This document shows positions 45,325 through 56,898 of a DNA stretch of 64,000 nt, one piece after another (the stretch's first letter is position 1; every line of letters begins with the position of its first letter). Made by a program: the position numbers and the translations under genes. Origin of the DNA: Amoebidium appalachense (lineage: Eukaryota > Protista > Ichthyosporea); the NCBI GenBank assembly GCA_963693365.1, contig CAVNZM010000003.1:1213506-1277505 (forward strand). The letters run 5' to 3'. The notes beneath the pieces were generated by a model. The model was not told the origin of the DNA. It saw nothing but the letters and a program-made list of their open reading frames with translations, and did no database searches.

Positions 45325-45785
45325 ATGTGTGTGCGGGCGCGTGCGTATGTGTGTGTGCTTGGAGGGGTTGGGGGTTGGGGTAGGGGGGGGGGGGGGGGGT
45401 CATATCGCTATGATATGAACACGCACCAGGGCCGGGCGCGCCAACACCACTCAGTCACACTCGGCATATAATGCATGCACACACAAACACACGCGTAGCC
45501 TAGCTCGAAAACAGGTACTGCAAGGCACAACTACAGGTGCACATAGTGAAACAACGACGCACAACAACCCGGTGACACTAAATGCATATGGGGTTTACGC
45601 TGTTTACTCGAGGCAAAGAGAACCAGTCTCAGGTATGGGGGGGGGGGGTTTTGCTCGGAATATCCCCTCAGCGGTATATCATGATCACGTACATAGATGT
45701 CGGGTGGTGACTATATATCAGGGTTTACTTTCTCTACGAGACACCATAAAGACTACAAGGAGAAATCAATTAATTGGGGTTCCCC

Positions 45786-45826
<41 letters not shown>

Positions 45827-45858
45827 GGGCTCCCCTCGGGACACTCGGTATCAGCTGG

Positions 45859-45925
<67 letters not shown>

Positions 45926-45929
45926 TGCG

Positions 45930-48900
45930 CTATAATTTTGTAGTGATGTGTTTCTCAAGCCAATCAATACATCTAATAAACAGGTCGTAGTTACGCGTGT
46001 TTAGTATAAAATCAAGGATGTTGTAATTTACAGGTAGGCTATCTTTCTGGGTGTCTGTTGTGAATGTGACGTGTGTGTGTTGCGGTATTATGTGGTCTAT
46101 CAAACTACATTTGGCGATACATGACCGGTTAAACTGGTGTGTGTGTGTGTTGTTTGGGCATGCAAATGATGCCACCTTATACTTATTAGATCTCCACTGT
46201 ATAGCACGTGTACAGTAAAAGCGTGGTAATTGATCAATAATACCATCAGCTAGAGAAAGACCAGTTCTACAGGAAGGTAATATGTATTTAGGTGTTATAC
46301 ACTTGCGAGTGCCATATTTGGCAATATGGTTGAGGCGGTCAGTATATATAAAACGAGACATAAGGCTTAGTTTTTCAAGGTGTATGCTTTCATCGGGTCT
46401 AGTGTCGTTTGGTATCTTTTTCCATTTGTTATATTGCGTGATTATCTTGTGATTGTGTACATGTTTAATAAGTAAGTGGCAGTCCAAAGTCACACACACA
46501 CTATTGCGGGGTTTATTTGTATTTGTGCCCAGGGGAGAAGGGGAGAGAGAGGGGAGGAAAGAGGGGAGAGGTGAGGAGGGGACAGGTCGGATAGAGAAGA
46601 GAGGGTGGGAGGGCAAATACTTCTTTAAGCGGCTTATGTGCTTATTGAATTTCAGCGCGAGATAGGATACTCTAGCAGCTATTGGGACCAGACCATATAT
46701 CGAGAGCGTTACAGGCCCAGGTTTACAACAGTTGTTAGATAGAAAGGAGGCAACTTCTGCTTCAAGGAAATTTGCCAAGGGTTTAAGCGCTCTAGTTCTC
46801 TCTTTCTTGATCCAAGCGGCGAGAAGGGGTAAACCATATTCACATGCCGGGAAGACAAAAGTGCGAATAAATGTAAGTCTAATAGAAGGATGGAGGGGTG
46901 TGTCTTTAAAAATATTAGCCGAGAAGAAAGCTAACCGCTTACGAGCCAACTCTACCCTCTTTTCGACCATATGGGGAAACATAACACCAACAGAATCAAC
47001 CGGAACACCAAGATATTTGTATTCTGGAACTATAGGTACAGGTTTAGATGATAATGTAAATGTGTGTAAATTGTTAGCTATATCAGGTACAAGAACACCA
47101 CATTTGTCTATGTTAAGGATCATAAGGTTTGCCTTGCACCACTCTGACACTACATCGAACAATCTTTGCAGGCGTCTAGGGGTACGGGCAAGGAGGGACA
47201 GATCATCAGCATAGAGAAGTGCAGGCGGAAAGTTATTAATAGGGTCATCGTTTTCGGCGTAAATCTTGACAGCCAAATCATCTATAAATAGGTTAAACAA
47301 AAAGGGGCTAAGCAATGAGCCCTGCAAGAGACCTCTAGTACGAGCAAAACCATATGAAAGATGCCCATTAACCACAGCTCTACCATAGGTTTGAGACAAG
47401 AGTGCTTCTAACAGAACACCAATGCAGTGTGGTACACCCCGTGCAGCAAGCTTTTCCCATAGGAGACCAGGGGAGACAGAATCGTAAGCAGTTTTCCAAT
47501 CAATAAAGCCAACATATTGTGCACCAACTTGCATAGAATCGTGCAGTGCCATTATTTGAACATAACATGAATTGTTTTTACGAAAAGCGGATTGGCATGG
47601 GTGTATGTGAAGAATAGATTGAAACCTAGGGTGATGTGCAAATAACCTAAGTAAGCAAGCTTCAAAGAATCTACGAACAACCTGGGTTAGTGTAATGGGG
47701 CGAAAGGATGATATGGGGCCCTCAGAGTCCTTCTTAACTATGGGGATCACTAAGGTATCTAACCAAGATGACGGGACATGTCCACATTTAACACACCAAG
47801 AAAAGAGAGAGCTTAACATGATAGTAAGATCAGGTTTAATAGCACGATCACTTTCCTTTTGTGGGTAGGAGGGAACAAGGATTTTAAGAAACCCAGCAGG
47901 GAGTCCATCAGGTCCACAAGACTTACTAGAGCTATAACTAGATATCACAGACCATATGGCATCGGGACTGAAAAAGGGGAGGATCGATTCTATGGGGATA
48001 GATGGGTCTACAGGCCACACAATAGGTTTCTGAGCGGGGGTCCTATCTTTAAACAGTTCCGAGAAATACTTATCAGAGTCTATGAGGGGGTCTCCAGTGG
48101 TATCACCAATAATACGAGCAGGGGGGCCAAATCGATTCATACTAGCAAGCCGGCGCAAGCTTTCCTTTTGAGACAGGGGTTCACCTAGTCTAGCGGGAGT
48201 GGTGTTTGGTAACAAGAGAGCATCGGGATATTCCTTCCTACCACCGCCAGCATAATCACCGAGATCTATCAAATCATCAACAATAAAGTTAGTGCATGTA
48301 TCTAGTACGAGATGTGAATCTGGCCTGGCTTGTGCAGATTCTAATAGGCGCATATATATAGGGTGTTTCGTAGCATAGCATACACATACATCAACTCTAC
48401 CCCACTGTGACTTAAGCTGGGATAGACGGAGGCGAAAGGTGGGAGGGGGAGGGGGGAGCAGATCAAGGGAGATCTTAGGTAGGAAAAGGATAGGAGAGTG
48501 GTCAGATGACCTAGAGAGGTTAGGAGGGAGAGAGAGTTTTGACATGGTTGATGGCCAAAAGGCCACTCCCCAGTCGGCGTTGTGGGCATGGGATATTTGA
48601 GGGAACCGCAAAGTGTGACTTTGGACATACCTTGCTAAAGGGATAGCACGCTCCGGGGGCTTAGATGGGTACCCGACACTCACTTGCAGTGTGTCTGTGT
48701 GGTGGAGTCGCGTGTTAAAATCACCTAAAATAACAGTGGACATTGGTAACTGTGACAACTCGTGAGTCAATTCGACAACCGACATAGATGGTGGGTAATA
48801 TACAAAAGTAAAAACATTAGAAAGAAACTCTATAGAAACCGAGAATTCCGTTTTTGCTACCGGTTTGCACTTCACTCTCACGTGTGGTGCGGCAAGTACA

Positions 48901-49124
48901 ATAATGCCTCGGTTTTTCGCGTAACCGGGGTGTGTGGATGTGTCGACCAATGTAGAGTTGAATTTGTGGTGGTTTTTAAACTGTGTTTCGCAAATCACTG
49001 TAAACGTGTGGTTGTTTGTCTGTTGTTGTATGTAGCTGATTTTATCGTCGAGTGTCCCGGGGGGGAGGCCCTTTTGGGGGCCCAGTGTCCGAGCATTCCA
49101 GAAGAAGAAGGATAAATTAGGCAT
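45930..49124 (-). CDS. LINE ORF2: apurinic-like endonuclease plus reverse transcriptase, 1064 aa
   Basis: Endonuclease motifs WNART, ICET, ILGDFN, SDHSPI; RT motifs KSCGPDG, FRPITL, QSAFR, GLLQGSLLSPFLF, LYADD, YKYLG. Confidence 0.93.
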   Translation of the reverse strand: MPNLSFFFWNARTLGPQKGLPPGTLDDKISYIQQQTNNHTFTVICETQFKNHHKFNSTLVDTSTHPGYAKNRGIIVLAAPHVRVKCKPVAKTEFSVSIEFLSNVFTFVYYPPSMSVVELTHELSQLPMSTVILGDFNTRLHHTDTLQVSVGYPSKPPERAIPLARYVQSHTLRFPQISHAHNADWGVAFWPSTMSKLSLPPNLSRSSDHSPILFLPKISLDLLPPPPPTFRLRLSQLKSQWGRVDVCVCYATKHPIYMRLLESAQARPDSHLVLDTCTNFIVDDLIDLGDYAGGGRKEYPDALLLPNTTPARLGEPLSQKESLRRLASMNRFGPPARIIGDTTGDPLIDSDKYFSELFKDRTPAQKPIVWPVDPSIPIESILPFFSPDAIWSVISSYSSSKSCGPDGLPAGFLKILVPSYPQKESDRAIKPDLTIMLSSLFSWCVKCGHVPSSWLDTLVIPIVKKDSEGPISSFRPITLTQVVRRFFEACLLRLFAHHPRFQSILHIHPCQSAFRKNNSCYVQIMALHDSMQVGAQYVGFIDWKTAYDSVSPGLLWEKLAARGVPHCIGVLLEALLSQTYGRAVVNGHLSYGFARTRGLLQGSLLSPFLFNLFIDDLAVKIYAENDDPINNFPPALLYADDLSLLARTPRRLQRLFDVVSEWCKANLMILNIDKCGVLVPDIANNLHTFTLSSKPVPIVPEYKYLGVPVDSVGVMFPHMVEKRVELARKRLAFFSANIFKDTPLHPSIRLTFIRTFVFPACEYGLPLLAAWIKKERTRALKPLANFLEAEVASFLSNNCCKPGPVTLSIYGLVPIAARVSYLALKFNKHISRLKKYLPSHPLFSIRPVPSSPLPSFLPSLSPSPLGTNTNKPRNSVCVTLDCHLLIKHVHNHKIITQYNKWKKIPNDTRPDESIHLEKLSLMSRFIYTDRLNHIAKYGTRKCITPKYILPSCRTGLSLADGIIDQLPRFYCTRAIQWRSNKYKVASFACPNNTHTHQFNRSCIAKCSLIDHIIPQHTHVTFTTDTQKDSLPVNYNILDFILNTRNYDLFIRCIDWLEKHITTKL

Positions 49125-50301
49125 CGGTTTGGTCCGACACCTGTGGGGTTGGTTCCCACTTGTCGCTTACGGGGTCGTATGCACGACCTTCCGCCAGCGC
49201 GAACAGTTCGCAGAAGAGCTCGATTTCCATCTCGCATCGGCGTTTGCGCTCGAGCAGTTTCTCACCAGAAAACATTGGTTCCTTCGTGTCCGTGTCTATC
49301 ACGCTCGTAGCATCGTTTTCCAACTTTGCGAGGAACTCTTTTGCCTTGCTGATGCGTACACGACAACGTGTGGCGCACGCATTCTTAGCAGACACTTTAC
49401 GTTCTTTGTCTGCTTTCTGAATGTTTTCCGGCGCGCATGGGTCGTAGCTTGGGAGGTGGGTGAAGAAGCTTCCACACCCCTTTGTCGCGTCACGGATGAA
49501 CGCACGGTTATAGTCGCCCCGTACTGCTACTTCCAGCACATCGTATCCAATGAAGGACAGACAAAGGATGCGAGAGCACCGGAAGCCGAGAGCCTTGAAG
49601 ATGGACCACATGGCCCTGTGTGGGCGTCTGCCGTGCTTGACTTTGAAATACACCCTCTCGTATTTGGGTGGGATGTTGATGTTACCGTTTGCTTGGGTGT
49701 TCCCCTTAGCCGGCGGTTTGGGAGGGGAGTTGCGGCGGTACTCGTTGCCTGCAAGAATGCTGGCATATGTTTCCTTGGCAATTTGGCGGAGCTCGGGTGT
49801 TTTACGAGAGTTCGCATATTCTAGGAACTCTGCCGGGAGCTGTGCTTCCGGTCCTGTGTTGTTTTGTGTTGGGGTGGAAATGTCTCCGTCGCGAGATGTT
49901 TGCTCATGAGTTTTGGGGTTTTGCGATCCACTAATGTTTAGCTGGGCTGTGAGTGAATCAATGGTGAGCTTGAGTTGGGTATTTTCTGTTTGGAGTTTTT
50001 CTATCATGTTCTTGAGTGGTAACAGCTCATTTAGCTGTTTCTTAACGAGGGCAAGTTCTGCCAGTACTGTATCAACCGAAAGTTTCGGCATGGTTGTTAT
50101 TGTGTTTCTACGGAGTGGTGTGGTGTTATTCTGAATGGGTAGTGTATTGTAAATAGGTGTTGCGCTTAGTCTAAGGCGATGTTTTTCTGGTTGTGCATCT
50201 GTGGTAGGTGTATCTGCTGGACGTTTTAATGGTCGCACATGTGTGATGGGTGTAGATGGAACTTTGAAAGAGGTTCTGAAACGATTATAGGCATGTGCCA
50301 T
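49117..50301 (-). CDS. LINE ORF1 (coiled-coil nucleic-acid-binding, gag-like protein), 394 aa
   Basis: Lies directly upstream of and overlaps ORF2 by 8 nt (ATGCCTAA); contains a coiled coil LAELALVKKQL...LTAQL and a basic C-terminal half. Confidence 0.8.
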   Translation of the reverse strand: MAHAYNRFRTSFKVPSTPITHVRPLKRPADTPTTDAQPEKHRLRLSATPIYNTLPIQNNTTPLRRNTITTMPKLSVDTVLAELALVKKQLNELLPLKNMIEKLQTENTQLKLTIDSLTAQLNISGSQNPKTHEQTSRDGDISTPTQNNTGPEAQLPAEFLEYANSRKTPELRQIAKETYASILAGNEYRRNSPPKPPAKGNTQANGNINIPPKYERVYFKVKHGRRPHRAMWSIFKALGFRCSRILCLSFIGYDVLEVAVRGDYNRAFIRDATKGCGSFFTHLPSYDPCAPENIQKADKERKVSAKNACATRCRVRISKAKEFLAKLENDATSVIDTDTKEPMFSGEKLLERKRRCEMEIELFCELFALAEGRAYDPVSDKWEPTPQVSDQTDA

Positions 50302-51382
50302 GACATGGATGGGGGTGTTCCCCGGCCCTTAGGGCCACGGATGGCCTGGTTTAGGGGTGGATGCGCGAAGGATACTATTTATTAGCAGATAATAAAGAGC
50401 GACATTTGAATCGATGTGTGCGACTGAATCGATGCATATCGTGACTAAGATCAAATCCGTATACATATGCCCCCTTGTGGTCTGTGCTCATGTTCAAAGC
50501 CTGCCCATGCAAGTGCCCATGCACATGCACATGTGATGCCGATGCACTTGCGGCCATGCACAACATGCCCATCATATGCATGCCCCTTGGCCATATGTAC
50601 AAACATGGTGCTCATGAGCACGAAGCACGCTAAAAACCAAGCACCCTGCGAGCTCATGCACCATCATATAAACACCAATATGTCATCATTGCCTCAACCT
50701 AAACACGTACAGTACCCACGCACTCGTGTACCGTGCACATGCATATGCGTACGGCAGCACCACGGCCATCTAGGGCGTTTCTAGATGGCCGTGGGCAGCA
50801 CGTAAACAAGGGCCACATGATCATTACCGGTAGTCGTGGCCATGGGCCTCTCGTGGCGCTTTTCCAGGGATTTGATTGGCGTAACCATCATCACGATAGC
50901 CTAAAAAGGTTACACAGCGTGCATTGGCCACACAGTTAGTCTATATTGCTCTACCCAACAGAGCCTTTTAGATCTTGAAACGACAGAATTTAGAGGGAGA
51001 GGAGGTAGAAAACGACGTCATGTAATGGCAGACTGTGCACAGCTGCGCGGTGCACCAGGCGAAAGGTGAAAGGCATTCCACGGAGCAAGGCCTCTCTTCA
51101 AGGAGTCCAGCTGTGGAGTCGAAGTCAAAGTTTTTCTTGACACTGGAACTCCCAGCAAGTTTTCTCCACGATCACATTTTTCTGCAGATGTATAAAGCAT
51201 AGTCTATTCGTGGTTTTATACATAGAATTAGTAAATGTTTCTGAAGCGAATAAGATTAATGTTTCTGGAGGTGCAACATCACACACCTGCACACTCCGTA
51301 TAGTTCTTGTACTCTTTCCACCCCCCCCCCCCCTCCCCTCCCCCCTTTATGTTTGCTTAAAACGAGTATAACGTTGGACACC

Positions 51383-52516
51383 ATGAATACGTTTACAGTA
51401 TTGGAGCTTAAAGTCATCTCCATAGCCGGGACTTTCATCACCGGGCTAGCCGGCCTACTTGTGTTCCCGTTACGCAAAGTCGAAGAAGCCAAACTTAGTA
51501 TATACATTAGTTACATAAACGCCTTTGGATCGGGAGTGATGATTGCAGTGGGCCTGCTGCACATGTTAGCTGAATCAAACAAAGACCTGAGCGAACATTA
51601 CGAATACCCCATAGCGTTTTTGCTTGCTGGGGTGGGGTTTGCAATGGTTTACGTTTGTGAGGATGTTATTCTCGCCGAGTTGGTTGGTTGCTACGGGTCA
51701 GAGATTCAGGAATCAGGCCTTCCGGTACACACACACGGGGCGGCGGTGCATCATGTGCACGAACATCGGCCGTCCGTCGTTTCTGCGCACGGGCACGCAC
51801 ACCTGGGGACCCATGGGTCCAATCTGTCTCTAACACACAGCCACTCGCACCCAACATTAACGGATGGAAACGAAAACTTGCAGAGAAGACTAAGCTCCGT
51901 AGGGGAGGCTTCAAACGGCGCACGTGATGAGAATCAGAACGGAGGGAATGATGAATCGAGGCCTCTTCTTTTCAAGCTTCCAGAGGTGGACGAATCGGAA
52001 CATGGACACGGGCACTCACACGGACACACACACGGACACACGCACGAGGACCTCCGAACGACGTTTTTGGCGTTTGCTCTCCTTGCTGTCATCTCCGTGC
52101 ATGCGCTCTTTGCCGGTCTTGGTCTGGGTGTGGAAACAACAATCAACCAAGTATGGCCTACTCTGATTGCCATTATTGCACACAAGGGGGTGGAAGCATT
52201 TGTGGTCGGCTCCGCCTTTCTGAAATCTACCCTCGGTTCGCGCGTCGTTGGTTTCCTTCTTCTCATGTTTGCCAGCGTAACACCCATTGGCATAGGGATT
52301 GGTATGATCGTGGCGGAGCTGAGTGATGATGTTGAGATTGTGAGCGGATGTTTGGTGTCGGTGGCGGCAGGGAGCTTTTTGTATGTGGGGACGCTGGTTC
52401 TGAAGGAGGATGATCACGTGGGGGAGTGCATCCCGCCAAAGATGCACAACTTCAAGAGGTTTATGTTCTGGTGCGTGGGGTTTGCCTTGTTGGCCGTGGC
52501 TGCTATCTGGTGCTAA
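51383..52516 (+). CDS. ZIP (ZRT/IRT, SLC39) zinc/iron transporter, intronless, ~377 aa
   Basis: About eight hydrophobic segments; motifs AFGSGV...GLLHML, His-rich loop HGHGHSHGHTHGHTH, SVHALFAGLGLG, IIAHKGVEAF, TPIGIGIG, AAGSFLYV. Confidence 0.95.
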   Translation: MNTFTVLELKVISIAGTFITGLAGLLVFPLRKVEEAKLSIYISYINAFGSGVMIAVGLLHMLAESNKDLSEHYEYPIAFLLAGVGFAMVYVCEDVILAELVGCYGSEIQESGLPVHTHGAAVHHVHEHRPSVVSAHGHAHLGTHGSNLSLTHSHSHPTLTDGNENLQRRLSSVGEASNGARDENQNGGNDESRPLLFKLPEVDESEHGHGHSHGHTHGHTHEDLRTTFLAFALLAVISVHALFAGLGLGVETTINQVWPTLIAIIAHKGVEAFVVGSAFLKSTLGSRVVGFLLLMFASVTPIGIGIGMIVAELSDDVEIVSGCLVSVAAGSFLYVGTLVLKEDDHVGECIPPKMHNFKRFMFWCVGFALLAVAAIWC

Positions 52517-52901
52517 CCTTTTTTTCTTGTTCTTCTTCTTTTCTTTTCCCCCTTTGCTTCTAAGTTGGGGTTTCTGGTCCGAAATGGAATGTATACGTAT
52601 CCTCCTTGATTGTGCTGTTTTTGCCTTTTTCCTTTAGAGGACTTGTTTGGCTGCCGAGGTGTGCCTAATTTATATTTTGGGTGTGCTGGTGCCCAGGGGC
52701 GCCCCGGGGGGGGGGGGGGGGGGGGGGGGGGGGAGAAGGGGGGAGGGGGGGGAGGGGGATTGTGTGTGTGTGTGTGTTGGGGGAAAGGGAGAGGGGGGAA
52801 CTCCGGTTAGAGGGGGGTGGGGTGGGCTGTACGTACCCTCCTCTAAGCAGATATAGATACTAAGGGGGATCAGATTTACGCAGATGGACGCGTGCAGCAC
52901 G

Positions 52902-52967
<66 letters not shown>

Positions 52968-53066
52968 GACAGAGAGACACACACACCCACACACCCACAC
53001 AGGCGTACGCGCACACCACCCACACACGCAGAAACACGTACAGACGTGCACGCACACGCGGGCGCG

Positions 53067-53115
<49 letters not shown>

Positions 53116-53608
53116 CCACACACGGCCATATGCAGCATGCTAGCCTACACTAATAGCAATGACATGCAGTTTAGATATGAAACCCTATGAAACACCTCTT
53201 TGCCGTTAAATCGAATGTTGTGATATATACGAAGTAACATAGCAGAAATCATCGAATGGTGATCCTACAAATATGAGAATCTGTCTTTCTGTCTTTGTAT
53301 TTTTCCTTTTCTTTTCTTTCTTTTTCTTTTCTTTCTCTCTCTTTTTATTTTTATTTTTATTTTTAAAAAAAAAAAGGGGGGGGGGGGGGAGGGGGGGGGA
53401 AGGGGGGGGGTGGAGGACGGGCTTTCAGGCTCTTCCCGACAAGAAAGGAGGGCCGCATGGGTACTGTTTCCATTAAGCCCCTAAGCCAACCAGCTTTGTA
53501 TTGTGTACTCTACATGTTTGTTTGTTGCATTTTTTCCGGCATTTTATTATATATTATCAACAAAGTTCAAAAACGAATGATATAAGGTTATGGCATACCC
53601 GAAAAAAG

Positions 53609-53643
<35 letters not shown>

Positions 53644-54199
53644 CAAACCACACCCACCCCCGGCCAGGGGGCTCGCTTTGACGATGAAGAATTCAGTCAC
53701 ACCAAGGATGGGCTCTACTTCAATTGCTTACCATTAGCATGTGTTCTCGTTTTTGCATGTTTGCATAGGCTTATTAGGGTGGGCGAAATTTGAATTTACG
53801 TTTGAGGGGGTCCCGGGCACGGTGAGGGGGGAGGGGGGGGGGGGGGGGTTAGCTGCCCCCCCCCCCCCTCCTTTCTGGGACCCGACCCGAATTTGTACGT
53901 TCAAGTGAACAGAACAATGTTGAATTGGGGTTTGCATGTGCGGTGAATGGGTCGAAACGCAGGACTGTGAATCGGAATTTGGAACCCCCCCCCTCCCCCC
54001 CCCCCCTCCTCCCCGATCTCCAGCTTCTTAGGGAATCAGGGCCTTTCTTTTTGCAGCGGCCTGCACCCGAGCGTTGTTGTTTGCAATATATTAAACCCGT
54101 CAATTGAATCATTTTCCCTCTATCACATTGCCAATAAACCCCATTCCCGTGACCAAAATTGATCCTCCAACCCCCTTTACCGATCCGAGGCTGCCCGGC

Positions 54200-54613
54200 G
54201 GCGGCGTGGCCCCTTAGGGTGCATGCCCCCGGCCCGCGGGCACACCCCAGGGATCTCCCTCTTGCGATAATTCCCCCTCCTTATTTATGCAGCCACATGT
54301 AGAACAACAAAAAAGGTAGGAATATAGGTCATAAAGAGATTTGTGACGTGTTCGACCCTTCAGAAGCCCCCCCCCCCCCCCCCCCTCCCCCCCCCCCTCC
54401 CTCCCTTCTCTCTCCAATCCGGATCCCTTGAGCTCTAGCCGCTCTGGCCCAAGATCGATAGACATTATTTTTTTATAAAAGAAAAAGGAAACAAAAACAA
54501 AACAAGCAAGCCACTTTATATTGTGGCTGGCTACGTCGGCAGGGAGGCTCACTCAATCATGGCTAATCGACATATGGTTGCAAATACGGCCCATATGCAT
54601 ATGCGTCCCCCCC

Positions 54614-54649
<36 letters not shown>

Positions 54650-54695
54650 CGGCACGGCCATCTGAAAAAACTTTTTTCAGAGGGCCGTGCCGGCG
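54200..54695. repeat. Diverged relative of the LINE 5' region, ending in a long hairpin
   Basis: GGCCCCTTAGGG, GCATATGCGT and a CACGGCCATCT...AGAkGGCCGTG hairpin occur in the same order as at 50320-50795. Confidence 0.45.
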
Positions 54696-55740
54696 GCCGT
54701 CCCCTACCAACACCCCTCCACCCACCTTCACCTCCAACTAGGATCCTTACCTAGAAATGGCATGCCTCGAGCCCTCCCCATCCCCCTGCGCTTCACACAA
54801 ATATCAATTGCAAACGCAACCCCCCCTCTTCCTTCGAAGCCCTCATGGCATTATTCTGCAAATCGTCTCCCTGCCAACTCTTGGAGTGAGTTTTTGAAGG
54901 TACCAGTCCCTCTACCTCCCAAGGGGCTAACGCGTACTAATTGTCAATTGAATCTTGAATACACCAATCAAATACGACCTGGATCTATCGCCCAGTTCGC
55001 TACATGTCATGTGCGCTTCGAGGCATGTCTTGATCCCCTCATGCGCAACTGCCCAGGGCCGGTCCGAGCCTCAGCTCTCAGGACGTAGGGTCAGTTAGGT
55101 TTACTCTTACAGTGTACCCTGCCGCGTAAAACGTGTGCAGTCCTGCATGTAAACTGTGTTCATATGCTGCTTGTCCTGTTAAGGCGTTTGTGTCTTTCGC
55201 GCTCCTGTCCCCTTGTACAGCGGCGGTAACGTTGGCTATAGAGTCGGGCATCCCCTGACGTGATGTTATGCAAGAGGTTTGTATCGGTTAATTGCACTGC
55301 GTACCACATTCCTGCCTTTCCCTCGTACACCCAGTATGAGGAGGACTGCTACTGCGTTGTCGGACTGCTACTGCGTTGTCTCTTGTTGTCTGATTTTTGT
55401 GCTGTTTTGTGGTTTGTCTTCTGGTTTCTCCTCCATAATTCCACCCTCCAATGCATTCTTCCCCCCCCCCCCCCCCCCCCCTTCCCACACACACACACAC
55501 ACACGTGTACACGTGCACACACATCGTGCAACAAAAACTATGGAGACAAACATACTACACCCTTCTCCCTGAGGCGCGCTTAGTCGCTTCGCCTCCCGCG
55601 CCACAACCCCCCCCCCCCCCCCCGCCCCCCCCCGGGCCACTGGGCCACCATCGGCCCCCTTTTAGGACACACACAATACTCGCTCTGCCCCGGCTTAATG
55701 TGCACCTGCGCTGGTTTCGCGATATATATATATCCCCCCC

Positions 55741-55771
<31 letters not shown>

Positions 55772-56179
55772 ACACACACACACCACCCCCCACCCATCCA
55801 AACACAAGATTCTGCCTCCTCGGTTACATTTTAGGAGGACCGGTGATCTAACAAAATGATGAAATTTTACAACAACGCACACGCACACGCACACACACAC
55901 GCACACGCACACGCACACGCACACGCACACGCACACGCGCACGCGCACGCGCACGCGCACGCACACACGCACACACGCACACACAGGCACACACCATGAA
56001 AAAAGGGAATAAGGAGAGAAGAAATGAAGGAAGGAACGGAAGGAGGGTACAAAGAAAGCGGTGAAAAGTGAAGAAGGTATGCTAACAATGGGTAGATTGT
56101 GTGATTGATCGCGGGGATAAAATCCTGTTTCCAGGTATATACATGTGCCTCGGAGTGTATTGTTTGTGCATCTATGTAC

Positions 56180-56320
56180 ATCTGGGTGCCAGTCTGTGTG
56201 TGTGTGTATGTGTGTGTGTGTGTGTGTTTTGTCTGCGTGTGCGTGTGTGTGTCTGTGTGTGTGTGTGTGTGTTTTGTCTGCGTGTGCGTGTGCGTGTCTG
56301 TGTGTGTGTGTGTGTTTTGT

Positions 56321-56369
<49 letters not shown>

Positions 56370-56423
56370 GTCTGCGTGTGCGTGTGTGTGTCTGTGTGTG
56401 TGTGTGTGTGTGTGTGTTTTGTC

Positions 56424-56459
<36 letters not shown>

Positions 56460-56460
56460 G
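56180..56460. repeat. Compound minisatellite of TTTTGTCTG(CGTGTG)(TG)n units downstream of the NIF3-like stop codon
   Basis: Five TTTTGTCTG-anchored units with variable TG lengths. Confidence 0.85.
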
Positions 56461-56513
56461 GTGTACACATGTGCACACTGCATTTTTCACGTGCACACAC
56501 ACATGTTTCCCCA

Positions 56514-56829
56514 CTACACCACAACCAATGGGTCCGCATCGACAACAGACACAACCACCTCCACCTTTTTCTCAAACAAAATTTCGAGCGAATTTTTGAG
56601 CGACGCAGACAAAAACCCCCTCTCGGTGTTTGTGTGCTCACACAATACAACAAGAACCCCCCTGCTGTTTGCCTCCAAAACGTCGTGGTGGCCCATTTCA
56701 CCTGTCAGGTATGCATCTGAGTGTGTGTGTGTGTGTGGCAGGTGAGGTGGAGGGTACGTGAGTGAGTGAGTGAGTGTGTGTGAGTGAGTGAGTGAGTGAG
56801 TGAGTGAGTGAGTGAGTGAGTGAGTGAGT

Positions 56830-56898
<69 letters not shown>

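Larger units (their letters stand above)
45787..50800 (-). mobile_element. Apparently full-length two-ORF non-LTR retrotransposon (APE-type LINE) with poly(A) tail
   Basis: ORF1 and ORF2 are uninterrupted, followed by a short 3' UTR with (CA)n and a ~36-nt A-tail (T-run 45787-45822). The 5' boundary is approximate and no convincing TSD was found. Confidence 0.9.

Noticed and set aside
50301-50400. HDV-like ribozyme at the LINE 5' end, and a TSD GGGGTTCCCCG (45776) / GGGGTGTTCCCCG (50312)
   Set aside because: I could not assemble the nested double pseudoknot by eye; the TSD candidate is imperfect and would leave only a ~9-nt 5' UTR.
51280-51300. Metal-response element TGCACAC upstream of the ZIP gene
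   Set aside because: A single short match in a CA-rich genome is expected by chance.
55343-55380. Perfect 19-bp tandem duplication GGACTGCTACTGCGTTGTC
   Set aside because: Ordinary local slippage with no evidence of function.
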